In this document: positions 49,796 through 62,600 of the stretch, in pieces | How the letters are laid out: each line of letters starts with the position of its first letter | How positions within the stretch are numbered: position 1 is the first letter of the stretch | Source: Macrostomum hystrix | Lineage: Eukaryota > Animalia > Platyhelminthes | Length of the DNA: 64,000 nt | Reading direction: 5' to 3' | Assembly: GCA_950097015.1 (NCBI GenBank) | Contig: CATNEN010000006.1 | Location: forward strand, 1-64,000 | The notes under the pieces: generated by a model | What the model saw: the letters and a program-made list of their open reading frames with translations, nothing else | Told to the model about the DNA's origin: nothing | Databases searched by the model: none | Translations under genes and position numbers: made by a program

Positions 49796-50871
49796 AAAGG
49801 TAATATCTTTGAGCCAAAACATGATTAACATTGTTTGAAATATTATGACGCATAATTTTCCATTAGTAACCTTAGTTACTAACGTAGACCAGTAAGCAGC
49901 TATTGCTTCGATCGGACAGAGTACTATAAGCATATTCGCAGTTTTTTTGCTTTTTTTCTACAGCTAGACTGTTTACAATGCGTGCGCCCGCGTTTGTTGA
50001 GTAGCGGCTTAATGGGCCTGACAACCAGCAGCTGCATTAGAGGCTCAGCTAAGAGATGAGAAATATGTTGAGCGCTGAGTAGTGTTAGTGAGTGGAACTG
50101 TGTTAGATGTGTGTATGTTTGTGTGTATGAGTTTGACAATGGCTATATGTAGGAGTTCTTCTCTTTGCTTTCATTTCGGGTTTTATTTTTTATTTTGGTA
50201 AGACCTACTAGCCTAGTGTGTGTTGGCAGGTATTTTGGCAAGTCTAGCAGATACGGGTTTGTGAGATAGTGTGAGTAGTCTGAGCTTAGATACCAAGGGC
50301 TCTATCGCTGGAAATTAAGCAGGCAACATATCTGGAGGGTCATTGCAGAGATGCGCGGAGTTGCTGGGCGGACTGGCGAGGAAGAATGCTAACTCTAGGG
50401 CGAGACGCAACAATAATGGCCCGCATCGTCCTTTTCAGGGGCCTCCAGCCACCCCAGCCTTCGCTGCCCACCCCTGACGTGGCCAGCCTGAATAGCCACC
50501 GTTGAGCCCGCGGGAGCTTATTCAGACTGTCCCTCCACCCTCCTCCCTCCGCGCTCTCCATCTCTTAATTCGCGGTTGCTGGGGACAAGGAAAGTGCAGC
50601 GCTGCCAGAGTCAGCTGCGTACAATGAAAAGGAGAAAGAAATAGACATGTCGGGGAGGCTGGCTGAGGGAGGGGGGTAGGGGCTGAGGCCGGTCCCAGGT
50701 AGGGCGCGGTAGAGTCGGGCCTAGCGACGGCATCTTTTTAAACAGAGAGTCTCCCGCGTCAGGTGTAAGAGGGCTAAGCAAAGGGTGGGCAGCTTTTGTA
50801 TTTGAAAACAATCGTAAGCCGCAGGCAGTGCTCCGGCGGTTTTTCAATCAGCAAAAGCAGCAGCAGCAGCA

Positions 50872-53800
50872 ATGCCTGGCAGCCATCGGAGCCGCTCGAA
50901 GTCCCCTGGCGGCGGTAGTCACCGCAGCCGGCGTTCGCGCTCAAAGTCCAAGTCAAGCCACAGCCGCAGCGGCAGCAGGAAGAGCCACAAGAGCAGCCGC
51001 AGCAGCTCCCGGTCCGGCTACTCGAAGGAGTTCGGAAACAAGCGCCAGCCCATTGTGCTGGCCTATGCACCACCAGAGAAGCCGACGGGCGGCGTCGGTA
51101 GGGGACGGGGTCGCGGGCGTGGACGAGCCGGCGTCCAGGTCGAGAAGAAAACTCCTGGGGCGCCTAGCCAGGTTAAGAAGGCCAAGAGCCACGGCAGCCG
51201 TAGCAGCAGCCGCAGCGGCAGTCGAGACGGCAAGAAGAAGGGCGACTCCGACTCCGAGAAGAAGTCGGACAAGGGCGAGAAGAAGGGCGAGAAAAAGGGC
51301 GGAGGCGGCGGCGGTCGTGGCGGAGCTGCTGGGGCCAGCCAGAAGAAGGACAAGAAGAAGGAGGACGAGGACAAGGGCGGCAAGAAGAAGAAGGGCGGCT
51401 CCCGCTCCCGCTCGGGCTCAAGGTCCAGCAGCAGCAGCAGCTCGAGCTCTTCGTCAAGCGATGAAGAGAGTGAGTCCCGTTTTTTATTTTACAGAAGAGC
51501 CTTATCTCAGCGTTATCTCAGAGTATAGAAATTCTGAGTACGTTTCTCTTAAACAAATCGATTAAGTTCAACTTAAACTTCTAAACTTCTATAACGTTTA
51601 CTTCTATCGGATACTCGTAGATGATTCCACATCCATTCACTAATATAGCCTCGCATCGATCCTTCAACACATTGTCAGACACAATCTATAAGGCGGAGCT
51701 CAAGGAGCTCAAGGTGGACCTGAAAGAGCTGCACGATAAGGCCAAGCAGCAGCAGAGCAGCCGACGAGGAGGCAAGCACAAGGACGACAAGGCCGGCAAG
51801 CCTGGAAAGGATAAGAAGGAAAAGGAATGCTCAGAAAAATCTTTGCACCATCCAGACGTGTCTAACGACCTGGGACCGTACGCAAACACGCAGACGGTGG
51901 AATTTCTCATGAAGAAGGTGAATGATTCGCAGAATTAGTTATCCAGGACTAGCTTTGCTATCCACTTCAATCCCTCAATAATGTTAGACTCGAACCACTC
52001 ACACCAAACCTTCTAGGACAAGAGCCGCAAGTACTATCCGGCGACCAAATTCACTGCCACTTCGCTAATCGATCCGTGGGACGAGATGGCGGACAAGAAG
52101 CCGACTAAGCGAGTCAAGAAGCCCAAACAGTGCGTTAGTGTTTGCCTTCTTGAGTACTTGACTAGCTTAGTCTATTGAATATTTTATGCTCCTAAACCAA
52201 TAGTTTATTCACGACTTCGTTTTTGGTATAATGATAAAAAAGTTTACACTACCTTCAAACCTTAATCTAGCAAACGCGATACCAAGTCCAAGGACAAGAA
52301 GTCATCATCCTCGTCTTCGTCATCTGACAACGAGGACAAGAAGGACGACGACAAGAAAGAGGAAAATGAGGAGAAGAAGGAGGAGAAGGAGGAGAAGAAG
52401 GAGGAGAAGAAGGAGGAGAAGAAGAAGGACGAGAAAGACAAGAGCGATAAGAAAGATGGCGCCAAGAAGACCCCTCGGCACGGCCCGATGCCCATCCTGG
52501 AGTTTGACACAAGCACGGAGTACTGGCGCAAACCGGTGCCGTTCACTGAGCTGCCGAAAATCAGGTGAGAGGCCATTGTCTGCACTGACAACCGTTGTCT
52601 AGGAGGAGACGTGAAGATGAGTGGAGTCAGGAGGCGTTGGCAGGAAGCGGGTCGGACAAAGGGTCCTGCAAGCCAGCGACCGGGAACTCCCTATTTACTG
52701 CTAATAAAGGCTGAACGCAGGGACTACTTAAACTACCGGCTACCTGGACGGAATTCTAAGCAAATCATGCAAAATTTCTTACGAAGCTGGCTTAATTTAT
52801 GGCCATCTTTAAAGTAATATAGCTGGCTATTTTGTTGGCTGTAGTACGGAAGGTAGTTTAAGGCCAGACGGCCAGACAGATGGAAAGATTTGGACCCCTC
52901 TGTGTTGGGCAACGCCGTCTCACTGGCTGACCCCGTCGCGACCTTCCCTGTGATCTGCGCGTCCAGAGGTTGTACCCCGTCTCGTCTATATAGATTACCA
53001 ACGTATCCAGTTGCAATCCCGCCATGAATAGCGCATACTCGCGTCGCTTCTCTATCACCGCGGGAGAGTTCGCGCTCAATCGAATGTCGCAGTTCTTAGA
53101 GGCAATCTTAAATGTATATATAGGGCTCCATCCAGAGCTCTGGCTATTGTCTTAATGGAGACCGGTGGCTTGTCTGGAAGCTGAGCAGCGAGATTAGTCT
53201 GCAATGCTTTTAGTGTCGCCATCGGATTTTCATTTAAGAGGCCGATGAGCACTTGGCGCATCTCGTCGTCCAGCTCGCAAGAGCCGATCTTCCGGCCTCC
53301 GCGCTAAAGAGCATCAATCCGACCTGTAGCTTCAAAAGTGGCAATGATGTGTCGAGCGGTTTTCAATTTGATGCCAAGAATTGTAGCGGCTAGACCAATA
53401 TCCTGTCCTTCCGTCCACGCGGAGATCAAGCGTCTTCTATGAACGTTGCTGGTTGCCCTCATTTTGGCGGAACAGCTTCAAATGTTAACAAAACTATAGA
53501 CAGAATAACATAGAACTTATGTGTTGGCTGAGATTGCTCGTCCCAAGCTGAGATAGCATGGTCTTGAAATGCATGTCTATGGTAAAAATTAGCAGCTTCA
53601 GTAAAAAACCGCAGTGACAAGATGGGCTGGCTGAGTTTGAATGGTAGATTTATGCTAGGCTTCCGAGTGCGTAAATAGTCTTTGCACGAGTGCGCGCAGT
53701 GCATTGATTTATGACCAAGTGTGTGTGCGCAAGACCAGCTCCTTCGGCCCATAGACAATACCCGTCTGGGATTTACTGCATAGTAGCTCAGAAGAGGGAT

Positions 53801-55281
53801 GGCACGGAGATCAAGTGGAGTATCATTTACCGCACAGTTGCGGAATTTACTGCACACTTCAATCTATTTCTTTGATGGTCTTTGGGCCATAAACTATACA
53901 CGAGCTTGAGACGTTTACGCACACTTGGTTATATGTCAATGCCCATTCGCTGAGATAGCCTGACAAAAGCTATAGTCGGACGCATTTGATATAGCCATTT
54001 ACGAATGGTTTGGACACTAGCTGAGACAAAATAATGCCAGGATTTACCATAGACAGCTTGCAATAAATACAATTATCCAACCGTCAGCGTGCAGATAATG
54101 GTGACTGGAGCATTATTGCACGCTGTCTATGGTAAATATTGATGTCCAAACCATTCGTCAATGTGATAGAAGCCATCTCTTCATTGACGAACCCATTGTT
54201 ATTAAAGTCTTTAAAGGTTATTTAAAAGCTGATAAATCTATTTAAACATTTTAGCTTGAATTTTAGAAGTGCTACTTATAGACCTAATGATACGTTAAAG
54301 TATAATAATGTATAAAAATCAAAAGTCCAAACTCGAAATTCAGACCTGCAGCCAAAGAGGAGAGAATGCTGACCATTCCGCTGGTCCTGGGCGCACTCGC
54401 ACTCTTCTTGGATCTGGTCAGGGAGGTCAGGAGCTCGAGTCCCAGCCCAAATGAAGCTACTTGTGCTCTTAAACACGATAATTAATTGCCTAGTGCTTCG
54501 TTTCTCCCAGCTGTAAATTGGGTTCCATCGTCATCTAGAGCAAATAAGGGTGGGTTTGGTGGCATGGTCCACGGACTGAATGTTGTACACAACCTTTGGA
54601 AGCGCCTCGCAATAGCTGCGGCTGTGCCATTGGCTGTACATCTGGCCAATCTGAGGACTCGCGTGGGATAAGAACTCAGGACCTCAGAACTCAGGACTCG
54701 GTGCGGGAGTCGATTGCGCTAAGTATCAATTATAAGAACGGGTCCTAAAAAACATTCTGAACGCCAATTTCAGAGCTCAGATACGCGAGGAGTACATGGC
54801 CAACGGTTCTAAGAAGACCGAGAGTGATTACAACCGGACCAAGGAGGACTTCCACAACCTGGAGCTCGACCGCATGGAGGAGGTGAAGAAGTCATCGAGG
54901 CGCAACCTGACCAAGACCTACAATGCCTACCTGACAAACACCCCCGGCTCCAAGAAGGCCCTGGACGAGTGCCTGAAGGAGGTGAAGACTCGCCTAGGCG
55001 ACGAGTGGGAGTCCTCCAGCGACGAGGAGGGCCGGCGGACTGTACGGGAGCAGGCCAAGAAGAACATGGAGTCGGAGCGGCGCAAGCAGCGCAGCGGACA
55101 CGGCGGCGGCGGCGGCCGGTCCCGTTCAAACAGTCCGCAAGGCAAAGGTCGCGGCCGCGGTCGCGGACACCAGAGAGACGGCAGCGCCGGCAGCCGAGGC
55201 AGCGGCAGAGGTGGCAGGTCACGTTCCAACACGCCACCCGGACACGGCGGCTCTAGGAAGGGCAGTCCCGCCCGGGCCTGA
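50872..55281 (+). CDS. Uncharacterised ~590 aa highly charged Ser/Arg/Lys/Glu/Gly-rich protein
   Basis: Exons 50872-51469, 51649-51917, 52017-52129, 52271-52564, 54774-55281, all GT-AG and phase-consistent, with strong GC3 bias. Confidence 0.78.
52858..53462 (-). pseudogene. Tc1/mariner (IS630-like) transposase remnant, intronic
   Basis: HTH region, NENPMATLKALQ, VSIKTIARAL and YIDETGYNLWTRRSQGRS (first catalytic D). Has an in-frame TAG and a frameshift, and is truncated before the rest of the DDE triad. Confidence 0.82.
54001..54158. mobile_element. MITE-like bipartite inverted repeat
   Basis: 54001-54016 pairs with 54143-54158 (16/16) and 54042-54066 with 54113-54137 (24/25). Confidence 0.6.
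54500..54660 (+). mobile_element. SINE family B fragment
   Basis: CCCAGCTGTAAATTGGGT...GGACTGAA...GCAATAGCTGCGGCTGTG...CATCTGGCC. Confidence 0.7.
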
Positions 55282-56389
55282 GCAGCAGCTATCGAGTAAA
55301 GCATAGAGACCCATCGAGCGGAAAGCTTTGAAGCCACAAATTTAATAAGACAATTTACAGAGGGTCTCTCTGGTTTAACTTTTGCTACTCAAATCTGACA
55401 TGATGCAGTGTGAAGCTTTCAAAATATGCAGCCTGTTTGCCTGTTGCACCAATCTAACCTCCCTACCCAAATCTCTGCTCAAACGGCAAAGCCCTGCAGT
55501 TTTGAGATCTTATTTGAGTTGCGCGTATTCTGCCAATAAATTCTATTTCCTATGTGCGTCCGTTTTATTTCTCAGTCTGTCTAAGTTGGCTCTCTGACTT
55601 CGAAGATTATAGTAAATGACTCTGATAAGTACTCTGCTGACTTTATTTTTCCTAACTATATTTTAGCGTTTTTGCTTTCTAGGTAATAGATCCCTGGACG
55701 TGTACATTAATTGTCCGTAATCAATATAGAAAAGGTAAACTAAGCCCTATTACGAGTATATATGCTGATTTAAAAAGGATTTGATACAGACAAAATAAAT
55801 AGGAAAAAATTTTGTAGCTGCTTTCATTTTTCAACACTTAGCTCGTACACTGCACGATTTATATTTGAAGACATTTTAACAGCATATTTTGGTTGACAAC
55901 TGTTTGCGACTCTTCATACAATTTATCACGGGTGCGAGCTGGTCAATTTGTACAAAAAATATAACATCATATAATATCAAAATTGGCGCGACTGAAGCAA
56001 CAATAAGCTATACTCACTACTGTCACATCACAAGTAGCATGAGTAGTATACGCGCAGACGTTGGCCACAAAAATTTGGGAAAATACATTTATTCAAAAGC
56101 TGGACAAAAGCACGACAGTAAAAATAGCAAAATAAGACAAATATCAATGGCAGCAGAGACAGCCACAGAAAATCAATTAGTTTTTTAACCGTAACTCAAC
56201 ACAGCACGGAGCAGACGTGACATTCGGATAAACTTTTTCTCTAATTTAGCGGAGACCAGCCTTCAAAAGGTGACTGGCTAGTCACAGTGTAGTCGAAACA
56301 ATACTGAAAACTGACAACGAAAATCGATAGTACAAGAGTTTTGTCATCATTTCGGTTTAAAATTGCAGCAGTCTGTTTTGTTTAAAGCG

Positions 56390-56563
56390 TCACAAAATTA
56401 GACAGAAGCGCGATTTGGCAGCAGTCGCAGCGGTTGCCGGCTCATTCTCTAGATCATTGTTCTGCTGCTGCCAGCTACTGTCACTGTCTAAATTTCCACC
56501 GTGAATTTCCACGGTAGCATTTGAAGCCTTGCTGCCATTCTTAGCTCCGTTCACTCTGCTAGT

Positions 56564-56612
<49 letters not shown>

Positions 56613-59600
56613 CTTCGTTTTAGACCCCTAACTGCCGAGCTGCCGACCCCGGTCGACCCTGTTGTGAAAGTAGCCAAGCTCTTCTGCTGGGCCTTCTTTC
56701 GGTCCTCCTGCAGCTGGAAGATTCTCGTCACCGTCAGCGGAGCGATGGTTCGTCTATGCGTAGGCGTTACGCCGCCTGCGCTGTTGCTGATTGCGTCTGG
56801 TGGGACTATCGAACCTTGGCGGTGACGGCGATTCGGGTGGATAAGATGTTCATTCAGGGACCATTGGGTAGAGGCAGTCTGTTGAGGGACCATAATAGGG
56901 GTTGTAGCCTAGTAGGGGTTGTAGCCTAGTAGGGGGTTGTAGCCTAGTAGGGGGTTGTAGCCTAGTAGGGGGTTGTAGCCTAGTAGGGGTTGTAGCCTAG
57001 TAGGGGTTGTAGCCTAGTAGGGGTTGTAGCCTAGTAGGGGTTGTAGCCTAGTAGGGGGTTGTAGCCTAGTTGGGGGTTGTAGCCTAGTAGGGGTTGTAGC
57101 CTAGTAGGGGTTTTAGCCTAGTAGGGGGTTGTAGCCTAGTAGGGGTTGTAGCCTAGTAGGGGTTGTAGCCTAGTAGGGGTTGTAGCCTAGTAGGGGTTGT
57201 AGCCTAGTACGGGGTTGTAGCCTAGTAGGGGTTGTAGCCTAGTAGGGGTTGTAGCCTAGTAGGGGGTTGTAGCCTAGTAGGGGTTGTAGCCTAGTAGGGG
57301 TTGTAGCCTAGTAGGGGTTGTAGCCTAGTAGGGGTTGTAGCCTAGTAGGGGTTGTAGCCTAGTAGGGGGTTGTAGCCTAGTAGGGGGTTGTAGCCTAGTA
57401 GGGGGTTGTAGCCTAGTAGGGGTTGTAGCGTGGTTCGATTTCTTACTCCACTGGAATAATTGTTTCATTTAGCTCGTAGCAACACACTTAACTCTGCATT
57501 GCACGCAGCTGTTAAATGGGTACCAGGATTAGCTGGGGACAATTCAGGGTGGGTGTGGCGTCCCCTCAGTCCATGGACTGAACATCCGCACGCAGCGTTC
57601 AGATGCGCCGCGCAATGGCTGAAGCAGTGCAGTCGGCTGCACATATGGCCCAGTCGGAGCAAGTGAAATAAATATTTAAAAAAATTATTCCTTTTATTGG
57701 TTGGAAGCAGTCTGTTGAGGGACTCTTGCGCATGGTCCTCATGGGGTGTTTACTAGTGAAATCCAACGATGATCATAAATCTGATCAAAAACAGAGGCGT
57801 CTACAAATTGCATTAACCAAACCTGCGGGAGTTGCCTTTGATCCTTTGCTACCGCTGCTGCCGTTGCTGCCTCCCCCAGCTCCGCCAGGGCCGCAGATGC
57901 CACCGCCAGCGCCGCCGCTGTGAGAAAAAGCAACTGGTAGATCGACGAATCGCTGATCGATGCTGCTGCCCAGCTCGTTGTTGAATCCGCCGGCAATGGT
58001 GGTGCCGAAGCCGTTGCCGATGCCGAGCTCGCCAGCCCGTCTCTGCTGCAGGCAGGCGCCCCTGATTGTTTGAGCAGGTGGGAAAGACGCTTTTTTCGCA
58101 ATTATTTTCTTTTCAGTAAAAAGAGCACGCTATTTTTCCACCGGAGAACGACCGTTTCAACTACACAATGCCTACTACACGATAGTTCCTAAACTAAATG
58201 ACCGATTTTCTTAAACGTTAACCCTTTAGACCAAAATTTTCCACTTACGATTTACGATTATCGTAAGTTACAATTAACTAACTACCTTCCAGAATGACAA
58301 AACATCAGCATCGTCGAAATATTCAGCAATTCTTGTCGAAGGCCCCGGTGACAAGGACAACAAGCCCTGCACACCGTTGCAGTCTGTACAGCGCCGACTG
58401 CAGAGGCGGACCTGTATGATGAAGCAGCTCTGCTGGACGTCCGCGCACAATGCCGACTGCACTCGGTGCAATTTCTAACGACTGCAAGGAACCCGGATTA
58501 TCCATGTCACGATCTGACTCGGCAACCTCCCCCGCGGCGCCTGCTGAAGTTGACGGTTTTCAGCAGACGTCACCACGACCGCCTCTGGGGCGAGGCTGGT
58601 GATCTGCTGATTCTGCTCGAGGCAGCCTCGATTCAGCAGGAGCTGCATGCTAACCATGCCCGGGTGGTCGCGCAAGTGCTGGAAGCGCGGCCCCGAACAG
58701 AGTGATCGGCGACCGTCCGAAAATCAAAAGCGAAGAATTTCGGCCGTCACGCGAGGCACGCTGCCGCCTCGCTCAGCTCCGCTAAGGATTCTGTCCGTTA
58801 CTGACAGACTTTTAGCACCGCCTGAATCCCCAGGTTGAAGACCGCTGCGGTGACTGCGGGCAGTTGGGCCACAGCACGCGGCATCTCTTCGTTTGCCCGG
58901 CCAGACCGACAACCCTAACGGCCTTTGTCTCTGGGAGCTGGGAGCGGCCGGTCGGCGTGGCCCGGCGTCAAGCTAACCTCTGCATCTCTGCTAACGCTGT
59001 TCCTAAGGGTACCACGGAGTATTTTAAATGCCCCGTGGTCCTTCTACTTTTAAAATAATATTGTCAGTATAGTAGTACACTCTAATTAACCCTTTGTGAG
59101 GTCTAGGCAGTTTAACGCAGTAAAACCTACCTGTGCAGGCTCAGCAGTGTAAGCCTCTCGCACAGCTCCAGCCTCGCAGCGATGCGTCTGCCGTCGTGTG
59201 TCATGAAAAACTCGCTCACCGGCGCGTGCGTACTCAAGGACGTCACCTTGGTGAAGTCCGTGAGGCTCCACACGAAGAACGTTCCGTCCATGCCGCTGCT
59301 GATTGAGTGCTGATCATCGGCCGTCAGCCGCAGCCCGGTGACCAGGGCGTCGTGAGCCTGACAGTTCGCCAGCTGACACCCGGACACGTAGTTCCACAGC
59401 ACCAGGCGGCCGTCTTGGCCACCGGACACAACGCGCCGCAGGCTGGCTGTCATGCGGACTTGACTCACCATGTCGGAGTGACCGTCCACTAGCACCTAAA
59501 AATGCATTTGAAACCATTTCGGCTCTTAGCGCTAAGCTGTTTTGCTGATTGCTTCAATAAATTGCTGATTGTTCCACTCAGATTCATGAATGTAAGCTAT

Positions 59601-62600
59601 TCAACTCGACTGTATAGTTCGCTCCGCCCCTATTCCACTGATTTCTCATCTGTGATTGGCTGGCTTACTTCCATCACAGGCATAGGCCCAACCGAACCCA
59701 CCCTCCTCCTCTGTCTGATTGGCTAGCGTTCGACGTGCACCACACTCTCTTACCCAAGTTCCTTAGTTTAATTTCATTGGTAAGTCATATACTCAACTCA
59801 CTTGGGTCAGGGAGCCGTCAGCAGCGCGCCACACCTTCAAGGAAGAATCCTGGCCACCGGTGATCACGAAGCTGCCATCGGGACTGAAGGCCAGACAGCC
59901 GATGCCCTCCTGGCCGTGGCTCAGCGTGTTCAACAGGCGTCCGTCGGCGGCGTCCCAGAGGTAGGCCAGCCGGTCATCGCCGCTCAGGACCAACCGGCTG
60001 GAGGGAAAGCACTTCAATAGGCTGGTGTTGCACCTGCAGGGCACAGGAGAGTGAACCGGGTCATTGATTCCTTGATAGTAGAAAGACCACGGGGTATATC
60101 GAGATACTCAACGATTCTCGTCGGGGTGTTAGTTGACAAAAATATGGGCATAAAGTTTCTGCTGAAAAAGTTGCATCATGGAACTATGTCGACTCCACAA
60201 ACTGTCATTTTTTCTTTTTCTTTTTTTTCTTGAAAGTACCCTATCGGCATCTTAAATACCGCTGCTTTTGTTGAAGATCCCGATGGTCGCCGCCGATGCT
60301 CTCGAGACGGCGATGAAGGGGACTTTGGCGCCTGAGATGATGAGAAAAAAGGTCCCTATTATAAGGATCCATCTATAAGTGCTTGGAATCTGCACTTTAG
60401 AATGTATTTCAAAAGCTATCCAACAAAGAACAGTACAATTTGACACAATGTCTATAAGCGGGATTTTGTTAATGTTGACCGACCAACTTCGGCAATCTGA
60501 TGCCTAAATGATCTGTTGAGCAAACAGAAGCTTCGTGCCTGAAGTCAAGGCTATCAGTGCAACATCTGGATAATGGAAAAATTAATATTGACGTGCTCCT
60601 GTCTTATGTCCGAGCGAAATAATCCCTTTATCATAAAGCGGATTTCCTTTGTCGTCTCACTCACTCTTTCAATCACCGTGCAACTGCGCTAAGCTATAGA
60701 AACTAAGCACAAGAATATAAATTCCAATCTTGGGGAGTCCATGGCGTTTCGCAAAGATGTCTTATCCGGCTGTACTTTTTGCAACTAGGCAGTTAAACCT
60801 GTGGCACAGAAGTCTTTGCAAAGTAAATAAAGAGAGCGGGGTTCAGTGGAGGAGCGGTTAACGCGTTTGCCTCTCGCACCAAGGTCTTTGAGCTCGATTC
60901 CGCGGCGAGGCCACATTCATTTGAGGAGCAGCCGCGGAGAGAAGGCTTTGGGTTTCTCATGCAATTTACGCCCTTGAGGGCCAACCTCCAATGTACAGTG
61001 AGAGTGTACACTGCCTGACTATGAGAAAGTTAGGGCAGATGTACACACCAGTGTGAGTGTGTGCCTGCGTACAGTATATGTGTGCGTGTGTGCTCAGGAG
61101 TCAGCGAAATGGGCATAATTACTTCGCTGGCTGCAGGTCTAGTGTCACCGAATGATGTGCCTATGCCCGAGCCCTCAAGCAATTAAAATTGTTATTATTA
61201 TTATTATTATTTTTTTTATTTTATTTATTTATTATTATTACAGAGAGCTTTAAAGAGTTGGTCATTGACGGGTTACAAAAAATGTCTGTATGCCACTTTC
61301 AATTCAAGTTTGCTCACTTAATAATAAGCAGAATTTCTGCAGACTCCAGCTTATGCTTTGATTTTTCATCCTTGGAAGCCGCAGCAGCAGCAGCTCTAGT
61401 CGATCTCAAAGACCAAATCCTGACCTCATCGCCTGAGTCGGCGGTGAGCACGGAGGCGTCATTCGAAGCTCCGGTTCCAGCGCTGCCGCCGTTCTTAATA
61501 AAGTAGGCAGCCCGCACAGGTCTGCGGTGGCCCGCCAGCTGCATTGCAGGTCGCAGCGCCTCACCGGCCAGCCGCCACAGCCAGCAGGCATTGTCTGTGC
61601 CAGCCGATAGCAGCCAGCGGGCGTCGCCACCGAGCCGAACGCAGGAGATGCTGGCCGGATGCGCCCGCACCGACTCGAGGAGAGCGGCGCTCTCCAGCTG
61701 CCAGAGCTGCAGGAGGCCGTCAACGCTGCCGGTGACCGCTAGCTGACCATTGTGGCTGAGGTGACAGCAGGTGATGGGTGAGTCTGGACACTCCGGACTG
61801 GAGGGCGGCTCGGATGATGAAGACGCGGCCGCGGCGGCAGCCTCAGCGACGCGCTGATCAATCTCCAGGTTCCAGTAGCGCACGGAATGCTTTTTGAAAA
61901 AAAGATTATTTTTCAACATGAAGTTCCGCCTGATTAATATTATATTAACATTTGAAGATTTGTAGGTACTGGCACATTATTTTGTAACCTGAGCACACTA
62001 GCATACAGATACAGTAAGCAAGCACACAATCACAAGTGTGTTCATTTGTCTTTTAAGGGCGTAGATTGCACAAAAATACCCCAAAACCTTCTCTCTGCGG
62101 CTGCACCCCAAATGAATTTAGCCTGACTGCGGAATCGAGCTCAGGGACCTTGGTGCGAGAGGCAAACGCGTTAACCGCTCTGCCACTCACCTACTAATTT
62201 CGAATTATAATATATACGCACATACTACTGACGCTGGCGATCCTATTAGGCCAACTTATTTAGCGTTACAAAGCATCCTACTCACCTTCTGTCCAACAAT
62301 GATATAGTTGCCGTCGGGCGTGGCCTTGACGGATAGCACTGGTCCGCTGTGTTCGCCAGGAAAGTGGCACTGAGTCTCCTTAGTAAAGATATTCACAACC
62401 AGGGTTTGCCCATCCGCGCAGCCCAACACGGTGTGCTTGGAGTCCGTTGTGACTGTCATCGCGGTGACCTTGTCACTGACGCTGTCCATCTCGTGGATGT
62501 GAGCTCCTGTGGCGATTGATTTGACTAGGACGCGCCCGTCCGCGCAGGCCACTAGCAGGAAGGTGGATTCGGCGCTGAGGCAGACGCAGCTCACTGGGCT

